This document shows, in pieces, positions 1 to 9,938 of a DNA stretch of 64,000 nucleotides. Source of the stretch: an uncultured Myxococcales bacterium (lineage in GTDB: Bacteria > Myxococcota_A > Bradymonadia > UBA7976 > VGTA01). The stretch's first letter is position 1, and the number at the start of each line of letters is the position of its first letter. Under the pieces are notes generated by a model. That model worked only from the letters and a program-made list of their open reading frames with translations. It was not told the origin of the DNA and searched no databases. The stretch is from contig CAKZRU010000142.1 of NCBI GenBank assembly GCA_937146725.1, forward strand, positions 17,726 through 81,725, written 5' to 3'. Made by a program: the position numbers and the translations under genes.

Positions 1-118
1 CAATATAATAGAACGGTAAACGACTAGACTGATTGGAAAACTTCCCGATCTTCAATTGCTCAAAGATCACACTCAATCGCTTAATATTTACCCTTTGCCC
101 TATCATATTGAACTTAAC

Positions 119-670
119 CTAGATTAAACAAAGCTCTTGTTGAAAGTCGATAAACCAATGCACCTTAAAACTTTTTGCATCATTCGCAAGTAATTGATTA
201 ATTGTAAGATTTTCATCTGTGTCTTGCAGAAAGGGTCTATCACTGACAATAAGTTCAACCCGATAGGGGCCTTCAAAGGTAAACAACTTAAAATCCAAAC
301 AAGGGTCAACATTAAAACGAATCCCTTCATCACGTTGACTAAATGAAATCCCTCCACCTTGATTAGACCGGTAGATCGCATTGTAAAAACGACCTTGGTA
401 ATTTAGAAAAACCCGCCAAAATAAAGTGTCAGCTTGATTAGGGTCACTCAAAGGGCCACTATCAAACTCAAGACTAGAGCCTTGAAGCAACATAGGATTA
501 TATTCAATAATCATCGCTGGGGTTGGACTCATCCAAGTTGGATCATAGCTTGGTGCAAAGTTAGCTTCACTTTCATCAAGTTCAATCGGCATAGGAATGA
601 TGCAAGAGCTCAATAAAATACTTAAATTAAGTACGTAAAAAACAAGTAATAATCTCAAGGAAATACTCAT
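119..670 (-). CDS. Hypothetical lipoprotein
   Basis: Hydrophobic N-terminus ending in lipobox-like LSSC; 6 bp downstream of coaD; no recognisable domain. Confidence 0.7.
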   Translation of the reverse strand: MSISLRLLLVFYVLNLSILLSSCIIPMPIELDESEANFAPSYDPTWMSPTPAMIIEYNPMLLQGSSLEFDSGPLSDPNQADTLFWRVFLNYQGRFYNAIYRSNQGGGISFSQRDEGIRFNVDPCLDFKLFTFEGPYRVELIVSDRPFLQDTDENLTINQLLANDAKSFKVHWFIDFQQELCLI

Positions 671-676
671 CTTATC

Positions 677-1186
677 CTAAGAGCTATGAAACTTAGCCTG
701 TAAACTTTTTTGCACACATTTTGGAACAAACTCAGAAACATCTCCACCATTCATTGCTACATCTCTAATTAAACTAGAGGATACAAAAAAATGTTCTTCA
801 CTGGTCATTAAAAAAACAAAATCAACATCTTCTGTGAGTCGGCGATTCATACTTGCCATTTGAAATTCATATTCAAAATCACTCATTGCTCTTAATCCAC
901 GCAGAACATTTCTTACGCCAATACTTCTTGCAAAATCTACTAAAAGGCCTTCGGCAAGCGGAACAACCTCAATGCGAGGTTCATCGGCAAAGGTCTCCCT
1001 AATCATTTCTACTCTTTCTTCAAAAGTAAAAATAGGTGATTTTTTTATGTTACGAGCTACAGCAATCGTAATCCGGTCAAAAACAGCCAGTCCTCTTTTG
1101 ACAATATCGACATGTCCAACTGTGATCGGATCAAAAGAGCCCGGATAAAGTGCGTGCTGATTGGCTTTTGGGCTAGCGAAAGTCAT
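677..1186 (-). CDS. coaD: Pantetheine-phosphate adenylyltransferase
   Basis: YPGSFDPITVGH, RGLRAMSDFEYE and VSSSLIR motifs; follows rsmD as is usual. Confidence 0.97.
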   Translation of the reverse strand: MTFASPKANQHALYPGSFDPITVGHVDIVKRGLAVFDRITIAVARNIKKSPIFTFEERVEMIRETFADEPRIEVVPLAEGLLVDFARSIGVRNVLRGLRAMSDFEYEFQMASMNRRLTEDVDFVFLMTSEEHFFVSSSLIRDVAMNGGDVSEFVPKCVQKSLQAKFHSS

Positions 1187-1247
1187 ATAAACCTTATTTA
1201 AATAAAAGTTATACTATAATCACACTATAAGTGATTTATATGAGGAG

Positions 1248-1838
1248 TCAAAGAGAAGCATTCGTAGAAGTCATACGGTTTAAAAAGCTAATAAAAGTAT
1301 CTCCATATAAGCGTCGATCACTTAAACTCCAGCCATATGGTGGAACAAAAACATCTTTCTTTTCGTGCTCAATGACGACAATTCCTTCTTCTCCGAGCCA
1401 ATCTATATCTAATTTTTCAAGAATCTGAGGGCCCAAGCGATCTTTGTAGGGTGGGTCTGCCATAATGACTTGATAAGGTGATACAGGTTTTTGGTTCAAA
1501 AATCTTTCTACCTTTTGTGCCAAAACCTTAACCTGTGGTTCATGACTCTTGATTGCTTTCTGAACAGTCATTAAGTTTTCTTTCAGTACTTTTATAGTAC
1601 GATTATCAGACTCTACTGCACACAAATAACTAGCTCCACGGCTCAAAAATTCAGCCCCAAGACTACCCGAACCTGCATAAAGATCTAAAACTCTAGCGTG
1701 CTCAAACTCAAGATCAAAGCGATGTTCAAGAATATTAAATATGGCTTGTCGAACTTTATCCGAAGTAGGCCTTACTTGACCGCCACGATATACTTTTAAA
1801 GCTCGGCCTTTCGCTTCTCCACCGGTGACTCTAATCAT
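1248..1838 (-). CDS. rsmD: 16S rRNA (guanine966-N2)-methyltransferase
   Basis: RVTGGEAKGR, RPTSDKVRQAIFN, LDLYAGSGSLG, DPPY and YGDT motifs; start moved to ATG 1838 behind AGGAGG. Confidence 0.95.
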   Translation of the reverse strand: MIRVTGGEAKGRALKVYRGGQVRPTSDKVRQAIFNILEHRFDLEFEHARVLDLYAGSGSLGAEFLSRGASYLCAVESDNRTIKVLKENLMTVQKAIKSHEPQVKVLAQKVERFLNQKPVSPYQVIMADPPYKDRLGPQILEKLDIDWLGEEGIVVIEHEKKDVFVPPYGWSLSDRRLYGDTFISFLNRMTSTNASL

Positions 1839-2015
1839 GAAGCCTCCTATATTTTTCATAATTTTATTTATACTTTTTTCTAAGTGACTATAAACTTATC
1901 TTTGGAATTGTGTAGACTTTACAAGTGCTATCTTGGCTTGATAGGTTTAAGAAGCCTTGATGTAGGTACAACAAGCCACTCCAAAGAGCGTTGGGGTTGG
2001 TAAAAAGGAATGTAA

Positions 2016-3620
2016 ATGAGTAGGGATGACGTAAAAGATCAACAAGAAAAAAGCACTGCTAAAGTACAAGAGCTTGATGGTTCGCTAAATACTGATCTTG
2101 ACCGTGCTCAAACAGAAGCGAACTCACAACTCGCTCAACTTGCTTCTCCTTTCGCTCAAGTGCTGACTCCGGCTGATCTTATTGATTTATGGGATGAAAG
2201 CGATGGCTTCTTTGATAACTTAAATGATCCCAGCGACTTTATTGAGCCGGAAGGTAGTCCAACATATCAACTGAGTGATCAAGATTTAGGTTATTTTAAA
2301 GATACGGCCCATGAGCCTAAGAGTTTGTCTAAGCAAAGCGAGCATACTGAAGCCAAGATATCTGTTGCAGAAATGAATTCCCAGCAGAACTTTGCTCATA
2401 CGAAGTCAAGCACAGTACTGACTGATCCAAATAAAACGACCGTTAAATTATTTGAGCAAAGCCATCAGTCGATTCTCAATAAAGAGCCTAGTAAAGAGCC
2501 TAGTAAAGAGCCTAGTATAGAGCCTAGTATAGAGCGAGAAGCGCCCGGCACACGAACCAATCTGCAAAAAGAGACAGCGATCAATCTTAAAGAAGCATCC
2601 CCCCACACTCAAGTTAATCAGCCTGAAAAGAAAGCCACTCAACCCTCTTTAAATGAAAGATTTAAGCGCAGAAATGAACTGAATCCTTCAAAAACTCAAC
2701 TTATTGTGGTTGCTGGTGGTAAAGGCGGTGTTGGCCGTAGCATGTTGTGTGCAAACTTAGCCTTTGCTCTTGCTCATTTAAGTTCTCGTGAGGTTGGATT
2801 AGTTGATCTTGATCCTTTACATGGTAGCTTACATACTTATTTAGGCTTAGAACCACATATTGATTTACCGGGTCGAGCCTTAAGAGGTGGTATTAAGCCA
2901 AGCTCAGAACAAATTCCAAAGAGTAAGGTGGTTCTGACTCGTGTTCCCCGCCCCCTTTGCGAGCCTTTAAGTGAGGAAAGTCGAGAGCAGACTCTAAAAA
3001 TTGCCTTGGACTTAAAACATCAGTGGCTCATTGTAGATGCGGGAGCTTATTCTGATTCTTTTACACTCGATTTGTTTGTCAATGCAGATCAGAGCTTGAT
3101 TATGTATTCACCTGACCCCAATGCTCTTGAAGCAGGACATCTTTTTTTACAAAGGGCCTTATACCGACAACTGGTCAATCGAGGTGATGAGGCCTCTAGT
3201 CTGGCACGTTCATTGTTAAATGCAGACTATGAAGGTTTACTAACCGGTCCAAGTGCTTTAGCACGCTCATTAAAGCATATTCATCCCCAAGCTTGTCAGC
3301 AACTTGAAACAAGCATTAGTGAGTTTAACCCCAAAGTTATTGTGAATCACTGCCGAACTCAAACCGATCGTTCTACCGCTGATGAGATTACTTCTGTTTT
3401 AAAACGTAAATGGCGTGTATATCCAGAAGTCTTAGGAACGATTTCTCATCATCATATAGCTTTACAAAGTTTAATTGAACGGCGTCCACTGGCCCAAGCT
3501 TTTCCAAGTTCTTCTGTATATTTAGATATTGAAAAGATCGCTCGACAGATCATAAAAGAGCATTCAAATAAACAAATATCGACTTCTTCCTCAGCTTCTT
3601 CATATTTGTCACATCATTAG
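2016..3620 (+). CDS. MinD/ParA/FlhG-like P-loop NTPase with a long disordered N-terminal extension
   Basis: Deviant Walker A GGKGGVGRS, VDLD and IVDAG motifs; about 225 aa low-complexity N-terminus. Confidence 0.85.
   Translation: MSRDDVKDQQEKSTAKVQELDGSLNTDLDRAQTEANSQLAQLASPFAQVLTPADLIDLWDESDGFFDNLNDPSDFIEPEGSPTYQLSDQDLGYFKDTAHEPKSLSKQSEHTEAKISVAEMNSQQNFAHTKSSTVLTDPNKTTVKLFEQSHQSILNKEPSKEPSKEPSIEPSIEREAPGTRTNLQKETAINLKEASPHTQVNQPEKKATQPSLNERFKRRNELNPSKTQLIVVAGGKGGVGRSMLCANLAFALAHLSSREVGLVDLDPLHGSLHTYLGLEPHIDLPGRALRGGIKPSSEQIPKSKVVLTRVPRPLCEPLSEESREQTLKIALDLKHQWLIVDAGAYSDSFTLDLFVNADQSLIMYSPDPNALEAGHLFLQRALYRQLVNRGDEASSLARSLLNADYEGLLTGPSALARSLKHIHPQACQQLETSISEFNPKVIVNHCRTQTDRSTADEITSVLKRKWRVYPEVLGTISHHHIALQSLIERRPLAQAFPSSSVYLDIEKIARQIIKEHSNKQISTSSSASSYLSHH
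2481..2535 (+). repeat. 12-bp tandem repeat, about 4.5 copies, encoding (K/I)EPS
   Basis: aaagagcctagt x3, then atagagcctagt, then atagagc. Confidence 0.95.
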
Positions 3621-3631
3621 GAAGGCAAGCC

Positions 3632-5500
3632 ATGAGTCAGTTTTCAGCATCATTAATCGGCCAAGAGTTCGCAGGATACCGTATGACTGAACTCATCGGG
3701 GAGGGAGGAATGGCGGTGGTGATGAAAGCGGAGAATTTGGTTGATTCTCGCATTAGACGTGCTTTTAAAATCATCAAGCCGGAATATAAAAATCGAGCTC
3801 AGTTTTATGAGCGTTTTATACGTGAAGCGATCGTTCTAGAAAGGCTTAGAAGTAAGCATTTGGTTGCCTTGCATGGCTTAAGACAAGAACATGACCAACT
3901 TTTTATTGAACTTGAGCTTTTAGAGGGCTTTTCTCTCGATCAAATCCCTACCCAATACAACAATTTAAAGATAGAGCAGGTCGTTCAGTGGATGTATCAG
4001 GCAGCCCTAGGTTTAGCAGAGGCCCATGAGCAAAATATCATCCATCGTGATATGAAGCCGGGTAACCTTTATTTACACAAAGACCAAACAATTAAGATTT
4101 TAGATTTTGGGATTGCCAAGGTCACAAATGAGATGGAAAGCCAGCAACATGAAACACTGCAAGGACATGTTTTAGGTTCTCCGGCTTTTATGGCACCGGA
4201 AGTTTGTGAAGGCAAAGAGTCAAGTCCACAAGCTGATGTGTATGGTTTAGCCTTGATTGCCTATCAGCTCATACTTGGACGACATCCCTTGGTGCCCTTA
4301 GATCGTACCTTAAATACGATGCAAGTGATGATGACCCATATTAAAACCGAGCTCCCCTCACTTAGGTCACATTGCTCATCACTACCACAACTCGAAACTG
4401 TTCTTAAAAAAGCCGCTCATAAGAATAAGGCACTTCGTTATCAAAATGGAGCAGAGTTTGCTCAAGCCTTAGAGTCTTTATTTAAAGAAAAAATATCCAT
4501 ATCTTCTTCTGAGCAAGCACTTGAGTTTAAAGACTTAAATGATGAGGAAAGCTTTAGTTGGCGAGCGCCTCTGCTCACCTTATTACTCATCATTGTTTCT
4601 ATTTGGAGTCTCAACTTTAAGTGGAATGAGCAGGACAGAGAACAACCTATGCTCAGAACGATATCAAAAAAGAGCCAAGTGAGTGACCAATTAACCAAGC
4701 AAGCAAATCAGCATCAGCTCGTTCAAAGCAAACAAGAAAAAAAACCTTTGACGACCTTGGCCTCAAAGTCTAGCAGCGACCAACCCGCACAAAAAAAGAC
4801 TCAACAAAAACAACAAAAAAAACGAGCAGAAACATACCTAAAAGCATTAGATTTAACTTGGATCTCACTTCCTGATGAACAGGGAAGAACTCGATCAATC
4901 TTAAAGACTGAAGTCACTGTTGCTCAGTATTCGTTATGTGTAAAAGCCGGTGCTTGCACTGCTAACTTTCAAAGTGATAAGGCGCTTTTTGGCCGTTGTA
5001 CTTACCCTTTGAAGCAGGTCAATTTGCCGGTAAACTGTGTCACTCTTCCTGAAGCCAAAGCTTTTGCTGCTTGGGTTGACTCTCTTTACCAAGTGCTTGA
5101 TTCTGAACACCGTATTGCCAATGAGTCATCCTTTGTTTTATTACCCACTCTTGGCGATTGGAAGGCGGCACTTGGTGGCCAAGTACATCCTTGGGGAAGT
5201 GAATCGGCAAGCTGTGATAAAGCGGTGTTTTTTGAACGTTCGCCCAGCTGTGAGGGTAAATTAGCACCACAGAAAGTATGTTCAAGACCAGCCGGAAATA
5301 ATCCTAATGGTGCCTGTGATCTTTATGGAAATCTTTGGGAGTGGATCAGTGACCCCAATCAAGATGAGGCTCAACTTGCTCTCACCATTGGTGGTGCTTG
5401 GTCTAGTGCTCTTGTTGATCTTAGCCCAAATGCCACCAAACTTCGTTCAGCCGCTCAAAAAGACCCAAGTGTAGGTATCCGCCTGATCTATCTACATTAA
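3632..5500 (+). CDS. Membrane Ser/Thr protein kinase with a C-terminal FGE-sulfatase (SUMF1)-like domain
   Basis: GEGGMAVV, RFIREA, HRDMKPGN, DFG and APE motifs; central TM helix; TEVTVAQY, PVNCVT, DLYGNLWEW and GIRL FGE-like motifs. Confidence 0.92.
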   Translation: MSQFSASLIGQEFAGYRMTELIGEGGMAVVMKAENLVDSRIRRAFKIIKPEYKNRAQFYERFIREAIVLERLRSKHLVALHGLRQEHDQLFIELELLEGFSLDQIPTQYNNLKIEQVVQWMYQAALGLAEAHEQNIIHRDMKPGNLYLHKDQTIKILDFGIAKVTNEMESQQHETLQGHVLGSPAFMAPEVCEGKESSPQADVYGLALIAYQLILGRHPLVPLDRTLNTMQVMMTHIKTELPSLRSHCSSLPQLETVLKKAAHKNKALRYQNGAEFAQALESLFKEKISISSSEQALEFKDLNDEESFSWRAPLLTLLLIIVSIWSLNFKWNEQDREQPMLRTISKKSQVSDQLTKQANQHQLVQSKQEKKPLTTLASKSSSDQPAQKKTQQKQQKKRAETYLKALDLTWISLPDEQGRTRSILKTEVTVAQYSLCVKAGACTANFQSDKALFGRCTYPLKQVNLPVNCVTLPEAKAFAAWVDSLYQVLDSEHRIANESSFVLLPTLGDWKAALGGQVHPWGSESASCDKAVFFERSPSCEGKLAPQKVCSRPAGNNPNGACDLYGNLWEWISDPNQDEAQLALTIGGAWSSALVDLSPNATKLRSAAQKDPSVGIRLIYLH

Positions 5501-5523
5501 TCAGTGCTTAATATTTAGATCAA

Positions 5524-6318
5524 TTGGATAAATCTATGTCTATCAACTTCTGTAAGTTCAATGAATATAAACTCATTTTACTAGCCAGTCTGCTCTTAAT
5601 CACTGTCGCCTGTGGGCCACAAATCAAAGAAAGTCAAATTAAGAAAGCCGCTTATCACCATCGTTTGGCCTATGGTCACTTTTTTGAAAATGGTGATAGT
5701 GATGCTGCTTTACAGGAAGCGCTTCTCAGCCTGCAATTTAATCCAGATGTTGCCGAAGTTCATATGCTCACCGGCTTAATTTATACCGGTCGCAGTGACT
5801 TACTTAAGGCCTTAAAGTACTATCGAAGAGCCATAGAGATCAAGCCTGACTATTATGAAGCCAAAAATAACTTGGGAACAGTTTATCTCTCATTAGGCAT
5901 GTGGCAAAAAGCCATTGAGGTTTTTAGTGATTTGAGTCAAATCGATGAGTATCGGACTCCGGCCATGGGCTATAATAATTTAGGATGGGCATATTATAAA
6001 CTTGCCCAATATGAGGTCGCTAAAAAATACTTTGTCAATGCTACCCAGCTTAATCCTCGCCTATGTCCACCTCATAATAATTTGGGCTTAGCTTATATTG
6101 AACTCAATGATGAAGAACGAGCGGAACGTTCATTAAAAGCTGCTATTAAGATCTGTCCCCAATATGCAGAGCCACATCTTCATCTTGGGCAACTTTATGC
6201 TAAGCAGGCCAAGCAACAAAAGGCACTGAGCGCATTAGAGACTTGCCGTCGTTTAGCCAAAGAAAGCGATGTTGGACTGCGTTGTTCAGGCCTTCTCAAG
6301 CAAGTTAATCAACCCTAA
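5524..6318 (+). CDS. TPR-repeat lipoprotein, Tgl/PilW(PilF) pilotin-like
   Basis: Lipobox TVAC; TPR motifs (AKNNLG, YRTPAMGYNNLGWAYY, HNNLG, HLHLG); start may be ATG 5536. Confidence 0.8.
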   Translation: MDKSMSINFCKFNEYKLILLASLLLITVACGPQIKESQIKKAAYHHRLAYGHFFENGDSDAALQEALLSLQFNPDVAEVHMLTGLIYTGRSDLLKALKYYRRAIEIKPDYYEAKNNLGTVYLSLGMWQKAIEVFSDLSQIDEYRTPAMGYNNLGWAYYKLAQYEVAKKYFVNATQLNPRLCPPHNNLGLAYIELNDEERAERSLKAAIKICPQYAEPHLHLGQLYAKQAKQQKALSALETCRRLAKESDVGLRCSGLLKQVNQP

Positions 6319-6415
6319 ATCCGACCTTCTTTTGGCTAGATCACTGAGATAGATATATAGCTCATTGCTGATTTAAGCTCATTCAATCACTTTATTTTAT
6401 TATAGGATCATTAAT

Positions 6416-7303
6416 ATGTCTGATGTTTTACCAGAGCTTCCTTTTACCTTGCCCTCAATGCTCCAAGAAGCTACGCGGATTGAAAGCTACCGGTCGCTCT
6501 ATTTATTTTACTTAGAGCAATTTCCTCAAACTTGGTTTTTAATCTTTCATCATGGCAAGGCCAACGAAGTAGGCCAAGATGTGCTTAATGAGCTTGAGCA
6601 ACTTAATACTGAACTTGCTGGACCTAATAGCCCACAGTGCTTAATCAGCTTGTCTGTACGAAAAAGCCGAAGTGGCAAGGATATTTTTATTGCAGGTGCT
6701 AACGTGACCGAACGTAGCGACTGGGATAATGAAAGGGTGAAAGCACACGTCCGGCGACAACGTAAAATCTTGCAAGACCTACGGCATGCACCTTTATTTC
6801 ATATTTGTCTGATTAATGGTCTTGCTTTGGGGTGGGGTACCGAATTTTTAATTACTGCTGACTATAAGTTAGCTTGTGATCAAGCCGCCTTTGCTCTACC
6901 CGAAACCGGTTTAGGCATTTTGCCCGGCGCTGGTGGCACCAGTGAACTTGCTACTCTAATTGGTCCGGCACATACACTCCGTTTAGGTATGACCGGCGAA
7001 CAAATCAAGGCCGATGAAGCTTTGCGGATTGGTTTGGTTCAAGAAAGATGCACCGATATAGATGAAGCTTTAGCTCGTGCCCTTATTTTGGCTCGATTAG
7101 TCAGTAAGAAATCTCCTACTGCTTGTGCCGCTTTTAAGCGTGGACTTTTAGGTTCTTTGGGGCAAGATTTAAGCACTCGTACCGAGGGAGAAGCCCTTGC
7201 CTATGAAAAATGTGTGAGTAGTGGAGAAGCCGCGATTGGACGCAGAGACTTTCATTTAATTAAAACGGGTCAAAGTCCTCAATGGGGGCCAAAACAAGTT
7301 TAA
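6416..7303 (+). CDS. Enoyl-CoA hydratase/isomerase family protein
   Basis: FIAGANV, NGLALGWGTE and PETGLGILPGAGG crotonase motifs. Confidence 0.92.
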   Translation: MSDVLPELPFTLPSMLQEATRIESYRSLYLFYLEQFPQTWFLIFHHGKANEVGQDVLNELEQLNTELAGPNSPQCLISLSVRKSRSGKDIFIAGANVTERSDWDNERVKAHVRRQRKILQDLRHAPLFHICLINGLALGWGTEFLITADYKLACDQAAFALPETGLGILPGAGGTSELATLIGPAHTLRLGMTGEQIKADEALRIGLVQERCTDIDEALARALILARLVSKKSPTACAAFKRGLLGSLGQDLSTRTEGEALAYEKCVSSGEAAIGRRDFHLIKTGQSPQWGPKQV

Positions 7304-7330
7304 GCTTTAATGAATCAATTCTTGAAAGCT

Positions 7331-8206
7331 TTATTTATTTAACATCTGCTGTAACCACAATAGTTCATCAATGATTCTAGGACCAGGACGAGCTAAGCGA
7401 CCTTCGAGTAGGTAAACTCTACCATTTTTAACCGCATCTATGCCCTGCCAAGCTTGGGGCGGTGTAGCGCTGATTAACTGCTTATAAAGAGCGGGGGTAC
7501 TCATAAAAAGCACTTCTGGATTATAGTGAATCACTTCTTCGAGAGAGACTGTTGGCCAATCTCTACTTGTCTTTAGAGTTTCCCCACCCGCTTGCTTGAG
7601 TAAATCCCCCATATAACTTGAAGCGCCTGCGATGGTTAAAGGAGAAAACCAAATCTCAATCATAACTCGTCGCTGTATTCGTCGTTTTTTGATTTGTTTG
7701 AGCTTAGCTTGAGCTGATTTAAGCCAAGTTTTCGCTTCTTTTTGATGACCAAGCAGTTGTCCAATCTTTTGACTTTGTTCCAATATATCATTCAAGGACT
7801 TCGCTTGAATTTGATAAACATTTATACCGAGCTGTTCAAGTTTCTTTTTAAGTTCAATATGCCCTTCAATCATAAGTACATCACTTGGCTCAAGTTTTAG
7901 AATCTGCTCTAGCTTGGGAGGAAATAAATGACCCACACTGGGGATATTCAAGACTTGATTTGGTTGATCACAATGCTCACTCCTTCCAAACAGTAAATCT
8001 TCAGCTTTAAACTCATAGACCCACTCGCAGTGGGAAGGCGCTAATGCTAAAAACCTTTTGTGTGGCTGGGTAGAATGATTTAGTTCATCAAAGTCTAAAC
8101 TCACTTTTTTTTGATCTAGTTCTTGTATAGCATTGCAAGTGATCAAGCTATAACAGCTTAATCCCACTAACATGATTTGTATTATTATTTTTTTAAGAAC
8201 AAACAT
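7331..8206 (-). CDS. BtuF/FepB-type (helical backbone) ABC substrate-binding protein
   Basis: LAPSHCEW, EQILKLEP, WPTVSLEEVIHYNPE, AVKNGRVY and RPGPRI motifs. Confidence 0.88.
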   Translation of the reverse strand: MFVLKKIIIQIMLVGLSCYSLITCNAIQELDQKKVSLDFDELNHSTQPHKRFLALAPSHCEWVYEFKAEDLLFGRSEHCDQPNQVLNIPSVGHLFPPKLEQILKLEPSDVLMIEGHIELKKKLEQLGINVYQIQAKSLNDILEQSQKIGQLLGHQKEAKTWLKSAQAKLKQIKKRRIQRRVMIEIWFSPLTIAGASSYMGDLLKQAGGETLKTSRDWPTVSLEEVIHYNPEVLFMSTPALYKQLISATPPQAWQGIDAVKNGRVYLLEGRLARPGPRIIDELLWLQQMLNK

Positions 8207-8308
8207 TGAGAGTCCGATCGTAAATCTTGATGAGGTTTTTTCGATAAATTGGTATTTGAAACAAAATAAGTTAAACTCATCTTCAAGTTTATCATATATG
8301 GGTCAATT

Positions 8309-9430
8309 ATGAGTCTTTCACATCCACCAAAAAGTGCGACAATTACAGCTTTATCACAAGATACTATGCTCAACGATCAAAAAAAACTGTCCATGATTAA
8401 GTCGGATTACTTGATCATTATCGTTATATTTGTGGGGTTTGTGTTTGCAGGAACAATGCAATTTATGAAGATTTTAGGTTTACCTTTTACACCTAAAATC
8501 TTTGTTATGCCTATGGTGATGGCCTTTGTTTTTTCAATTGTAGTGACCCGTCTACGCATTGTCAGACGACGCTTAAAATATGAACGCGATCAAAAGGATT
8601 TTGCTAAAACGCAAGTCCAATTTCTGAACCATCGTTTAAGCGAGCTACTGGAGCAAAGAACTGAGTTATTGATCGAATCTCAAGATCAAGTTGCTTTGGC
8701 TCAAACGCGTGCCGACCTAGGTGCGATGTCGGCCGGTGTGATCCATGACCTCAATAATGCCCTAACCGCAATTAAAATGGGCTGGGAAGGCTTAAGCTAT
8801 GCTGAAGATGAAGAAATCGAAGAATGTCAGCAAAGTGTAAGTTCAGGTATTGACCGAGCCATTACTATTAGTCGCGAGTTTAGAAGCTTTTTAAGACCAC
8901 AGTCCTCGGCTAAAAAGGTTGAGGTTAAAGAGCTGATTACCCGACTAATCTCTATGCTTAGACGCAACATGCACCCAAGTCAAAGCTTAGAACTTCAATG
9001 GGGTGACCAATATAGTCTTTGTATGACACCTCATGAATGGTCAAGTCAGTCAGCAGAGGGTATGATACCTAAGAACTTTTGCTTATTTGCCTATATTAGT
9101 GAGGGGCATCTTACTCAAGTTCTGATGAACTTGATCGTTAATGCACGTGACGCCTTGCATGACCAAGCAGGCCATGTGAAAGTCTTAATTACCTCTAACT
9201 CTGAACAGGTCATCTTTAAAGTCAGTGATAATGGGTCGGGAATGCCCATTGAAGTGCAACAAAAGATTTTTGATCCCTTTTTTACAACTAAACCAGAGGG
9301 TCAAGGGACCGGACTTGGCCTACATGTACTTAAAAACCTTGTTCATAGAGCAAATGGCCAAATTGAATTAGATAGCGTAGAAGGTAAGGGAACCAGTTTC
9401 ACAATTACACTCCCTCAAGTCAGACCATAA
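8309..9430 (+). CDS. Membrane sensor histidine kinase (no adjacent response regulator)
   Basis: Two TM helices; H-box GVIHDLNNALT, N-box QVLMNLIVNARDA, DNGSG, FDPFFTTK and GTGLGL; start uncertain. Confidence 0.93.
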   Translation: MSLSHPPKSATITALSQDTMLNDQKKLSMIKSDYLIIIVIFVGFVFAGTMQFMKILGLPFTPKIFVMPMVMAFVFSIVVTRLRIVRRRLKYERDQKDFAKTQVQFLNHRLSELLEQRTELLIESQDQVALAQTRADLGAMSAGVIHDLNNALTAIKMGWEGLSYAEDEEIEECQQSVSSGIDRAITISREFRSFLRPQSSAKKVEVKELITRLISMLRRNMHPSQSLELQWGDQYSLCMTPHEWSSQSAEGMIPKNFCLFAYISEGHLTQVLMNLIVNARDALHDQAGHVKVLITSNSEQVIFKVSDNGSGMPIEVQQKIFDPFFTTKPEGQGTGLGLHVLKNLVHRANGQIELDSVEGKGTSFTITLPQVRP

Positions 9431-9434
9431 ATAG

Positions 9435-9938
9435 ATGTCACTTCCTAAAAAAGACCGCCTTGTTGCTCAAACTACCGGTGCTGTAGAAATTCTAAAGTCG
9501 ACCACTGTGGCCATCGCCAAGGTTGAAGTCGCTCCATCTGTATTTCCATCCATCACCGCAAGTTTAATTGGCCTCATGGCCAGCTATTTATTTTGGTCTC
9601 AAGGAGAGGCAGATGCACATGCTCCTGCCTTGATGGGCTTAGGCTTAGCCATTTTGTGGCGTCTGCGAAATGAATATTGGTGGAATGCAATCAGTCGTTG
9701 GCTATATTTAGCCTTATTTGCACTATTTTTAATTGAAAGAGCTCCTGCACATAATGTGTTTATTGAAGGTAACTGGGTTGAGGTTAGCTTATCTCCAGGG
9801 CTGTATTTATGTGGTGCATCAAGTTTATTAGTTGGTCTCAGTGCTTGGTTGATTCACGCTCAATCGGACCCTTCATTTTCATCTTCTAAACAACATAACA
9901 AGGCTGAATCATACAAAAGCAAAGGGAAAAAAGTTTGA
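9435..9938 (+). CDS. Hypothetical integral membrane protein
   Basis: About four hydrophobic segments; tightly packed between neighbours. Confidence 0.7.
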   Translation: MSLPKKDRLVAQTTGAVEILKSTTVAIAKVEVAPSVFPSITASLIGLMASYLFWSQGEADAHAPALMGLGLAILWRLRNEYWWNAISRWLYLALFALFLIERAPAHNVFIEGNWVEVSLSPGLYLCGASSLLVGLSAWLIHAQSDPSFSSSKQHNKAESYKSKGKKV

